A DNA stretch of 12,342 nucleotides from assembly GCA_041677685.1 (NCBI GenBank), contig JBAYPN010000021.1:1-12342 (forward strand), read 5' to 3'. Below are positions 5,473-12,342 of the stretch, in pieces. The position numbers and the translations under genes were made by a program. Each line of letters begins with the position of its first letter. Positions within the stretch are counted from its first letter, which is position 1. Below the pieces are notes generated by a model that did no database searches, was not told the origin of the DNA, and saw nothing but the letters and a program-made list of their open reading frames with translations. This DNA is from an archaeon (GTDB lineage Archaea; Iainarchaeota; Iainarchaeia; Iainarchaeales; CSSED10-239).

Positions 5473-6765
5473 ATGAACAAAAATTTATTAATAGTTATTT
5501 TTTCTATTATTATTCTTGTAGGAATAACAGCAGGAGTAATTTCTTTATTTCCATATAACCCTACAAAGCCACCTGCAGTTAACTTTAAAGGCTACACAGA
5601 GCAAGGAGTTAAAGATCTTGTTTCCTCAAACAATTCCTTTTCTTTTGATCTTTACAATCAATTGAAATTAGAAAACCCACACAAAAATATTTTCTTCTCA
5701 CCATACAGTATTTCTTCTGCTTTCTCTATGCTCTATGAAGGTTCTGCAAATGAAACTAAACAAAAACTAAAATCAGTTTTTAAGTTTCCAGAACCAGAAC
5801 AACTTGCCCCTAACTTTGCAAAGATATACACAACCATAAATAAAAAGAACAAATCATATACTTTAAGAACAGGAAATGCTTTATGGATTGCTAAAGATTA
5901 TAAAATATTAGAAGACTATACAAAAAGAGTATCAAAATATTATGGTGGAAAATCTGTAAATTTAGATTTTGTAAATGATACAGAAAATTCAAGATTAACA
6001 ATTAATGATTTTATAAGCGAACAAACAAACAAGAAAATTAATGACTTAATTAAACTTAACATGATTTCTCCTGACACAAGATTAGTTCTAACTAATGCAA
6101 TTTATTTTGAAGGAGAATGGAAAGTTGCTTTTAAGGAAACAAATACAGAAACACTAAAGTTTACAACAGATTCTAAAGAATTAATTGATGTTAATATGAT
6201 GTTATTAACAGGCGAGGAAATTAAAAATAGCGAGTATAGCTTCAAATATAAAGATTTAATAACTTTACAGATTTTAAAATTTCCGTACAAGGGAGATCTT
6301 TCAATGATCTTGGTTCTTCCAACAGAAGACCTTAATAGTTTAGGAGAAATTACTTTTGAAAAATATTCTAATTGGGTAACTCAACTAAACACTGCTCCTT
6401 CTCACAAACTTAATTTAATTAGTTTTCCAAAGTTTGAATTTGAAACTGAATATGTTTTAAATAATACTTTAGAAAGTATGGGTTTGTCTTTAGCTTTTAC
6501 TCCTGGACTTGCTGACTTTTCAAGAATAAGTGGTCAAAAGGATTTGTTTGTTTCTGCTGCTGTTCATAAGGCGTATGTAAAGGTTGATGAAAAAGGCACA
6601 ACAGCTACAGCAGCAACCGCTATAGTTATGATGACTAGGGGGATAATGGAAGAACAGAAATTAAGAGAAACTTTTATAGCAGACCACCCATTCTTATTTA
6701 TCATTCAAGAAGACGGCACTGGTGAGATTTTATTTTTAGGAGAAGTCAATAACCCTTCTTCTTAA
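5473..6765 (+). CDS. Serpin (serine protease inhibitor family) with N-terminal signal/anchor helix
   Basis: 'NIFFSPYSISSAFSMLYEGSANETKQKL', 'LVLTNAIYFEGEWKVAF', 'LSMILVLP', the hinge 'EKGTTATAATA' and 'FIADHPFLFII' are classic serpin blocks. The N-terminus 'LLIVIFSIIILVGITAGVISLF' is hydrophobic. Confidence 0.93.
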   Translation: MNKNLLIVIFSIIILVGITAGVISLFPYNPTKPPAVNFKGYTEQGVKDLVSSNNSFSFDLYNQLKLENPHKNIFFSPYSISSAFSMLYEGSANETKQKLKSVFKFPEPEQLAPNFAKIYTTINKKNKSYTLRTGNALWIAKDYKILEDYTKRVSKYYGGKSVNLDFVNDTENSRLTINDFISEQTNKKINDLIKLNMISPDTRLVLTNAIYFEGEWKVAFKETNTETLKFTTDSKELIDVNMMLLTGEEIKNSEYSFKYKDLITLQILKFPYKGDLSMILVLPTEDLNSLGEITFEKYSNWVTQLNTAPSHKLNLISFPKFEFETEYVLNNTLESMGLSLAFTPGLADFSRISGQKDLFVSAAVHKAYVKVDEKGTTATAATAIVMMTRGIMEEQKLRETFIADHPFLFIIQEDGTGEILFLGEVNNPSS

Positions 6766-6767
6766 TT

Positions 6768-9700
6768 CTAAAAAAATTCTGCTAAATTTTTTTGATTTCT
6801 TTCTTCTTTGTCCATAAAAAGAGAGTCAACATCTTCTTCTGCTAATTTTATCTTTTGGTAAAGATAGGGTTTTAGTTCATATCTTTTAATAACATCTTTT
6901 GCAACATTAATGTATTTTCTAATTGAGCCCTCATGAATTGTTAAGATCAGCTTCCCACCACAAGTACAGATTCCAGAAAGAGGTATTCTTCTGTATTTTG
7001 CATTACATTTTACACATCTAAGCTTTTGTCTAGCAAAGGCTCTGGTGTTACCTATGATGTCTGGGAAAAGATGATAGTGTAGTAGTCTTTCAAGAGCATC
7101 TTTATTATCAACAGCTAAAATTCTTGCTTGTAACTTTGCTTGTTTTTCTACTTTGTCAGTCATTGACTGTATTGTCAAGTATGCACTCTGTTTAGGTCCT
7201 TGATCAAAACAGTTGGTGTCATGTGTAAACTTTATGCAAGAGTATTGATCATCTGTTCCTAAGATCTCATCAACATAGCTTAGGTTTTTGTCATCAGCAT
7301 CTTTATAGTTTTTTGCATTTATATAAAATTCAAATGGGTATTCTGTGATTGTCTCCATCTCATAACACTCATCATCAATTTCAAAAGGATTAACAATTGT
7401 GGTAAAGGCTAAAGGAGCATCCATTCTTCCTCCTCTCCCCTTACTTAAGTAGCTAACAGAGAAGTTTAATAAAGCATCCATAAGTAACATCATAGAGTCT
7501 TGATCTCCATCCACATTTCTTCTTTTTGCTGTAATAAAGTATGGGTGTCCCCAAGCAAGTTTAGATTTAGAAAAGCCAATAATTCTTCCAACAATTCCTG
7601 CAGAGGTGTGTGGGGCAAGAGCAATTACAAGTTCTCCTATCAAGTCCTCTTTTTTTTGTTTATTATAAAATTTATCTATTCCGTAGAACTTTTCAAGGAG
7701 GTCGTCAACAAATCTGCTAACTTTTAAAAAATAGTCTCCAGCTCCTTCATCAACAATTATGTCTTGTGGGAAAAGGCTTATTCTTTGGTCTTCTGATTTT
7801 ATCTCTTTACCAAGGTAGTCATTTACATACCCAAGTTCTTTTATCTTTTCCACACTTAAATTTAGTTCTTTTGCTGTAAATTGTGTGATGGTTGCATTTA
7901 GGGCTTCATACCTGATCGTTCCATCTCTAAAAACTAAGACTTCATGTTTAGCTCTAAGGATTCCTTTCTCTAAAGGTTCTGCAACTCTGTCACCACTTAC
8001 AAGATCTTTTACCCCCCTTAAGACTTTTGGGATTCCAACATTTAGGTTTTTGCTTGCTTTTTCTAAGCTTCTGTCTAGGTTGATTTTGTGATCTACTTTC
8101 AATTTTGGTTCTACATTACATATTGGACAGATCTTGTCCGAAGATTGTTTGTTACATGTTTGACAATACCTAATCTCTTCAGCTTGGCAGTTACAATCAA
8201 AGCAATAGTTGTTGTAGACAATAGTTTTACAGTTTGGGCACACATAAGCTTTAATCTCTACATCATTAATCCCATAGTCTCCAGGTTTAGAGTTGTCAGC
8301 TTTTGTTCTTGCAGCTTTAACTATGTCTCTGTTATTTCCGTAGCCAATACCTATAGGAAATAAGACATTTGGTTTTCCTGTAATTAGTCTTTCGTGAGCT
8401 GCTTCTGGTCTTCCCATTCTTGCTCCAATGTAGATTCCTGATTTTTCTTTAATTGTTAGATTTGAAATCTTTGAAAGTTTTTCAACAGTTTTTAGATTTT
8501 CTAAAAATAAGTCTTCAAATTCTTCAAGTGGATTTTTAACATTTAAGGCTCCTAGAGTTTTTAGGAGAGGGTAACTTTCGTTCTTCTTCAGGGTTATAAA
8601 ATTTTCTTCAAGTTTGTGAGGTATTCCTATTTTTTCTAAGATCTGTTTAATTACATTATTATTTTTAATCTTTACACCTATAATTTTTTGATCTTCAAAA
8701 ATCTTTTCTGCAAACCTTATTTTTTCAATTAATATTTTTAGTTCTTCATTGTCCAAAAGATCATAGTACCAGATGTATTTTGGATAGAGTGGGATATTGT
8801 AAGTCAAGCTAAGATTGATTGCAGAGTAGGGATTTGGATCTGTTAGAAACTCATTAATTTCTTCTAAAATGTTTTCTTTAAGTTTTTCTTTTCTTATTAA
8901 ATATTTAATTTCAGAAATCCATTCTTCCTCCACATAACCGTTCTTGACTAATGGGTGTCCACTTTTCTTAAAGTCTCCAACAGATATTAAGATGTCTCCT
9001 ACAAATAATATTTTCTCTATTTTTTCTAAGTTTTCTTTAGCATCTTTAACAGTATCAATCTTAATTACACTTTTATTTTTTAATCTAACAATTGGACCAT
9101 CAATTGTGTCGCAAGGAAAATACTGTAAGGACTTTCCTGGCCTTTCTATTTTTCCATGTGTTCCAACTGCAATAAAGCTATCTAAGACATACATGGTTGC
9201 AGGGTTAATAGCCTTTGCCATAAGACCTGTGTTTCTTGCCTTTCCATACCTTAACCTAAAGCCCCCAGTTCTTGAGGGGTGAGAAAAGACAGGTCTTCCA
9301 GCAGCAAGCCCTTCTATATATTTTGAGCTAGGTTTTAGTTCAAATGTCCCTTGTTCATTTTTTTTAACTTTTATTAATTTTTCTAACCAAGACCAATCAA
9401 CTTCTAATCTTTTACTTGTCTTTAGTATCTTCATTGCTCTAACAAACAATCCATCAATCAAAACTAAGCACATTGCACCTCTGATTCTGTTTGTTGGAAT
9501 TCTTTTTATATCTCTGTTAGCAACAACCTCTACGTCGCTGTCGGGTCCACTGTTAACACAGATTTGACAATTTTGAGCAATTGTTCTTATTTCTTGTTCA
9601 GTTACTCTTTGTTGCCTAGCAACAACATCTGTTTGGTAGATCATTGTTTCTTCAACAATTCTTTCAATTTCTCTTTCTGTTGGTTTATATCTGTCAAGAT

Positions 9701-10223
9701 GTAGTTTCTTTCTAGCAACATCTGCTAAAAGTAAGGGTAATGTTTGTGCATTTCCACCAGCTGCTCTGATTGGTCCAGCAAAGTAAATGTCTGGGTATTT
9801 GCTGCCGTCTGGGTTTGTTGAGATCTTAATTTGTGGCAGTCCATCTAAAGGTGAAACCACAACTCCGTCTGTCTGAATAACAAGTGCTGTTCTTATTGCT
9901 TGCTCTAATCTTTTTTCTGGGTCTTCTATATTCCCTAGTTGTTTATCAAGTATCATGTTAAAGATATCTAAGGTAACTTCAAATCTGTCTTTTTTAATTT
10001 CCCACAAATCATTGTATATTTTTGCAACACCTTTTGGTCCAACAAGTATTTCTGTTTTTTCTGCAATTCCTGCAGCTGGTATTGTTTCTATGTCTGTGGA
10101 GATGTCTTTTCCTTTTTCTTTTGCAGTTTTAGCTATGGCTATTGTGTAGTCTATTTTTTCAAGTAAAGAGGTAAAATAATCTTTTACATCTTTGTTTGCT
10201 TTAAGTTTATCTATATAGGTCAT
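6768..10223 (-). CDS. polC: DNA polymerase II (PolD) large subunit DP2
   Basis: 1151 aa. Double-psi beta-barrel blocks 'GRPVFSHPSRTGGFRLRYGKARNTG' and 'AKRRNVDGDQDS' are present. Cys clusters are 'CPNCKT..CFDC', 'CQTC..CPIC' and the C-terminal 'CVKCNAKYRR..CTCGG'. No intein-sized insertion is present. Confidence 0.97.
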   Translation of the reverse strand: MTYIDKLKANKDVKDYFTSLLEKIDYTIAIAKTAKEKGKDISTDIETIPAAGIAEKTEILVGPKGVAKIYNDLWEIKKDRFEVTLDIFNMILDKQLGNIEDPEKRLEQAIRTALVIQTDGVVVSPLDGLPQIKISTNPDGSKYPDIYFAGPIRAAGGNAQTLPLLLADVARKKLHLDRYKPTEREIERIVEETMIYQTDVVARQQRVTEQEIRTIAQNCQICVNSGPDSDVEVVANRDIKRIPTNRIRGAMCLVLIDGLFVRAMKILKTSKRLEVDWSWLEKLIKVKKNEQGTFELKPSSKYIEGLAAGRPVFSHPSRTGGFRLRYGKARNTGLMAKAINPATMYVLDSFIAVGTHGKIERPGKSLQYFPCDTIDGPIVRLKNKSVIKIDTVKDAKENLEKIEKILFVGDILISVGDFKKSGHPLVKNGYVEEEWISEIKYLIRKEKLKENILEEINEFLTDPNPYSAINLSLTYNIPLYPKYIWYYDLLDNEELKILIEKIRFAEKIFEDQKIIGVKIKNNNVIKQILEKIGIPHKLEENFITLKKNESYPLLKTLGALNVKNPLEEFEDLFLENLKTVEKLSKISNLTIKEKSGIYIGARMGRPEAAHERLITGKPNVLFPIGIGYGNNRDIVKAARTKADNSKPGDYGINDVEIKAYVCPNCKTIVYNNYCFDCNCQAEEIRYCQTCNKQSSDKICPICNVEPKLKVDHKINLDRSLEKASKNLNVGIPKVLRGVKDLVSGDRVAEPLEKGILRAKHEVLVFRDGTIRYEALNATITQFTAKELNLSVEKIKELGYVNDYLGKEIKSEDQRISLFPQDIIVDEGAGDYFLKVSRFVDDLLEKFYGIDKFYNKQKKEDLIGELVIALAPHTSAGIVGRIIGFSKSKLAWGHPYFITAKRRNVDGDQDSMMLLMDALLNFSVSYLSKGRGGRMDAPLAFTTIVNPFEIDDECYEMETITEYPFEFYINAKNYKDADDKNLSYVDEILGTDDQYSCIKFTHDTNCFDQGPKQSAYLTIQSMTDKVEKQAKLQARILAVDNKDALERLLHYHLFPDIIGNTRAFARQKLRCVKCNAKYRRIPLSGICTCGGKLILTIHEGSIRKYINVAKDVIKRYELKPYLYQKIKLAEEDVDSLFMDKEERNQKNLAEFF

Positions 10224-10286
10224 ACTATCTATGGTTTATTAAATTTATATCTCTTTTGGAGGGGGGTAGTTTGCCAAGAAAAGAAA

Positions 10287-11711
10287 TTATTCTTCTAAAA
10301 AATCTTTAATTATTAATTTCTCTGTCTTTAAATTAAGTAATAATACTTTTGAAAGAGTTGGGACATGTCCAATCTCTTTTTGATAATGGGTCATTGTTTG
10401 CCAGCAAGATGCACAGATAAGATGTGTGTTTTTATATTTAGAGTAGGCATGATGATGAACATCCCCTGTTATGAAGATATCAGGGACTTCATTTATTGTT
10501 AAAAAATTTTTTTCAATTGGTACAAAGGTTTGTCTAAGCCCATATTGTGGCATCAAGTCTCTTCTTATTAGTATCTCTTTCATTGCTGTGTCAGGTTTGT
10601 TCATGGTTGCATTTTTTATTTCTGCATAGATTCCATGAAAGGAAGCCCCATGGTACATTAAGACTTTATAGTTTTCAATAACTGCCCAAGAGGGAGAACC
10701 AAGAATATGAAAGTTTTCTTTTTCATAAAGTCTTTTTAAGTAATCTTGTGAGATTGCAGGTTGTGGGTCTGAGAGTCTAACAGCATCGTGATTTCCTGAG
10801 ATAATAAACACTTCAATGTCTTTTCTTATTTTTAAAAGATATTCTTCTAATAGTTCATATTGTTTATAGATGTCTGTAATAAATAATTCATCAAACTGTG
10901 CTGGGTAGACACCTATACCATCAACTATGTCTCCAGCAATTATTAAATATTTAATTTGTTTTGCAATTTCAATGTCAGATTCTATTTTTAGATTTAACCA
11001 ATCAATAAATTTTGAAAATTCTTTTTCTCTAAAATTTTTACTACCAACATGTATGTCTCCAATAACTGCTAGATAGACATCTGTTTCTAATGTGTTTTTT
11101 TTAATTGAAAAGGGAATGTCAGGGTATAAAATTTCATTAACAATTAACATATCTTTTGACAAGACATTACATTTAAAGCCAATAACATTATCTAGAAGTA
11201 TTTCTTTTTGAGTTAGAAATTCTTTTTCGTCTTTGTTCATGAGTACTAACTTTATGGTGTCTGTGGGATCATCAATTGTAAGTACTAAGTTTCCATTTTT
11301 ACTAAATCTTTTATCATAGACCATTCCAATAACATCAACTGTTTTATTTTTTATTTCTCTTTTTGCTTGTGAGATTGTTATGTGATCAAAGTTAGGTCTA
11401 GTTTTTATAATTTCAGAAAGAGTTTTATATTTTTCTAAAAATAGTTTTTGGAAGTCTTCTACACTTCCTTGTGAAAATTTTTTGTTTGTGATATCATATT
11501 TGTCAAGAATATAGAAGTTTTTTTTATATTCTTTTTTATTTTTTGTAATTTCTTTTATTTTTAAAATATCTTCTGGTTTAACAAAGGTTTTATTTTCTTT
11601 AGTAAGTGTTTCAATAATTTGTTTATAGTTATGATTATTTAAAAGTCTAAGTGCTTTTTCTGTAAGGATTAAACCCTTTTCATTTGCATATTTGTTAATA
11701 TCAAAATTCAT
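10287..11711 (-). CDS. polB: DNA polymerase II (PolD) small subunit DP1 (Mre11-like phosphoesterase, 3'-5' exonuclease)
   Basis: Calcineurin-like phosphoesterase motifs 'GDIHVGS', 'AGDIVDG', 'SGNHD' and 'GDVHHH' are present. Length is 474 aa. It sits directly upstream of DP2 with a 63-nt spacer. Confidence 0.95.
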   Translation of the reverse strand: MNFDINKYANEKGLILTEKALRLLNNHNYKQIIETLTKENKTFVKPEDILKIKEITKNKKEYKKNFYILDKYDITNKKFSQGSVEDFQKLFLEKYKTLSEIIKTRPNFDHITISQAKREIKNKTVDVIGMVYDKRFSKNGNLVLTIDDPTDTIKLVLMNKDEKEFLTQKEILLDNVIGFKCNVLSKDMLIVNEILYPDIPFSIKKNTLETDVYLAVIGDIHVGSKNFREKEFSKFIDWLNLKIESDIEIAKQIKYLIIAGDIVDGIGVYPAQFDELFITDIYKQYELLEEYLLKIRKDIEVFIISGNHDAVRLSDPQPAISQDYLKRLYEKENFHILGSPSWAVIENYKVLMYHGASFHGIYAEIKNATMNKPDTAMKEILIRRDLMPQYGLRQTFVPIEKNFLTINEVPDIFITGDVHHHAYSKYKNTHLICASCWQTMTHYQKEIGHVPTLSKVLLLNLKTEKLIIKDFLEE

Positions 11712-11989
11712 TTTATTTTTTCCTTCAAAGTTTCTAATTTACTAATAAGCCCCCAAACAACAGTCCTACATTCTGTAGCATTCATGTTGTTTATAGTTTC
11801 TTCTAGTTCATAGAGGATGGTTGAGACTTCTAAGGAGCAAAGATCATTATTTAATTTATCTTTTACTTTTCTAATAACCATGATTACGTTTTTTGGAATT
11901 GTGTGGTCTTCTAGAAGATATTCTGCTTCTTCAACAATCTCAGTAGCCATTGTTTTGCAGATCATTTGTTTTTTAGTAATTTTTGCCAT
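11708..11989 (-). CDS. UPF0147 family small helical protein
   Basis: 93 aa. '...EDHTIPKNVIMVIRKVKDKL...VSTILYELEETINNMNATECRTVVWGLISKLE' follows the UPF0147 pattern (D.s.PrNiR ... a...LdeisnDpNm....Rt.iW...s.LE). SD AGGTGA (complement of 11996-12001) is present. Its stop overlaps the DP1 start (ATGA at 11711-11708). Confidence 0.8.
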   Translation of the reverse strand: MAKITKKQMICKTMATEIVEEAEYLLEDHTIPKNVIMVIRKVKDKLNNDLCSLEVSTILYELEETINNMNATECRTVVWGLISKLETLKEKIK

Positions 11990-12051
11990 TGTTGTTCACC
12001 TTTTTGATATTTTTATTATAATTAGTTATTTTATAAATATTTATAATATCA

Positions 12052-12062
12052 ATATATAATAT
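12052..12062 (-). promoter_or_regulatory. Candidate TATA element for the UPF0147-DP1-DP2 operon
   Basis: This is the third copy of ATATATAATAT, ~65 nt upstream of the ATG at 11989 in the divergent intergenic region. Confidence 0.3.
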
Positions 12063-12148
12063 ATGCAAATATTATTTTATAAATTGTAGGTTTTTTAAAA
12101 AGCTTTTAATCCCAAGTCTTTAAAAATATTTTGATTAACTAATAGTAG

Positions 12149-12159
12149 ATATATAATAT
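12149..12159 (+). promoter_or_regulatory. Candidate TATA element for the pilin-like gene
   Basis: This is the fourth copy of ATATATAATAT. Its centre is ~25 nt upstream of the ATG at 12179, which would give a leaderless or near-leaderless mRNA. Confidence 0.35.
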
Positions 12160-12178
12160 TTATAAAAGGTAAAAATTT

Positions 12179-12342
12179 ATGCCCAGAAATAAAAACAAAA
12201 ACATTTTTAAGAAAAAATCAATCTCCCCATTAATTGCAACTATCCTTTTAGTTGTTGTTGCTGTGGTGTTAATTGCAGTAGTCTTAACTTGGGGAAAGAC
12301 TTTCACAAAAGAATCTTTAGACAAGACCACAGACTTTGCAGA
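12179..12342 (+). CDS. Archaeal type IV pilin-like protein (class III signal peptide), 3'-truncated by the window edge
   Basis: My own translation gives MPRNKNKNIFKKKSISPLIATILLVVVAVVLIAVVLTWGKTF.... A basic N-terminus is followed by 'SISPLIATILLVVVAVV', matching the archaeal pilin N-terminal motif ([KR][GAS].SP[VL]IAT[VI]LL). The frame is open to nt 12342. This ORF is not in the supplied ORF track. Confidence 0.75.
   Translation, partial: MPRNKNKNIFKKKSISPLIATILLVVVAVVLIAVVLTWGKTFTKESLDKTTDFA

Noticed and set aside
2027-9282. Numerous 60-110 aa antisense or out-of-frame ORFs inside the large CDSs (for example 2027-2242, 2601-2837, 3512-3712, 4420-4728, 7500-7727, 8944-9282 and 9955-10149)
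   Set aside because: All are nested in strongly supported genes. They encode low-complexity Phe/Ile/Ser/Leu-rich strings typical of the reverse frames of Lys/Glu/Asn-rich AT-rich genes, and they have no SD or promoter signals.
6768-10223. Intein or frameshift in PolD DP2
   Set aside because: It is a single uninterrupted 1151-aa frame. The catalytic blocks are contiguous, and I saw no intein splicing motifs or extra ~150-450 aa insertion.
10258-10266. GGAGGGGGG run in the DP1-DP2 spacer, which reads CCCCCCUCC (an anti-SD-like sequence) on the operon mRNA
   Set aside because: It is striking in an AT-rich genome. However there is no complementary GGAGG nearby to form an obvious regulatory hairpin. 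No plus-strand ORF with an ATG follows it, and the homopolymer is intergenic, so it cannot act as a frameshift switch. I could not build a supported function.
11990-12178. Replication origin next to the PolD genes, as in Pyrococcus where oriC abuts cdc6-DP1-DP2. The 5010-5472 region was also considered.
   Set aside because: There is no orc1/cdc6 gene in the window, and I could recognise no ORB-like repeated boxes flanking an unwinding element. The AT-richness is no greater than in other intergenic DNA here. This cannot be supported from sequence alone.

Overview
Very AT-rich archaeal window. The archaeal assignment rests on PolD DP1 and DP2, aEF-1alpha and archaeal uS10. A small-genome DPANN-type lineage is my inference from composition and the Lys/Ile/Asn-rich proteins. 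I support ten CDS. (1) 1-645 (+): the 3' part of an FGE-sulfatase / C-type-lectin-fold protein. (2-3) A minus-strand pair: a membrane-anchored coiled-coil protein (3061-1997) and a short NFACT-N (RqcH/Rqc2-like) protein (1984-923). (4-5) tuf-rps10 on plus (3389-5009). (6) A membrane-anchored or secreted serpin (5473-6765). (7-9) A minus-strand operon of UPF0147, PolD small subunit DP1 and PolD large subunit DP2 (11989-6768). (10) The 5' part of an archaeal type IV pilin-like gene (12179-12342). No rRNA, tRNA, CRISPR array or transposase was recognised. The most interesting signal is at 531-662. The last ~110 nt of the FGE/CLec ORF jump from about 22% to about 65% G+C and become strongly adenine-depleted, while the frame and fold motifs (RGGSW...IGLRCA) continue. 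A hairpin follows directly on the stop codon. This matches the variable region (VR) of a diversity-generating retroelement (DGR) target gene. No reverse transcriptase, Avd or template repeat lies in this window, so the cassette would be upstream of nt 1 or remote. Other points worth a second look: a GC-enriched, structured non-coding stretch (663-860); a 15-bp tandem array of 8-9 copies, each carrying an 8-bp palindrome, upstream of the serpin; the serpin's inhibitory-type reactive-centre loop with predicted P1 Arg; the truncated NFACT protein; a recurring 11-mer promoter-like motif; and UPF0147 translationally coupled to PolD.
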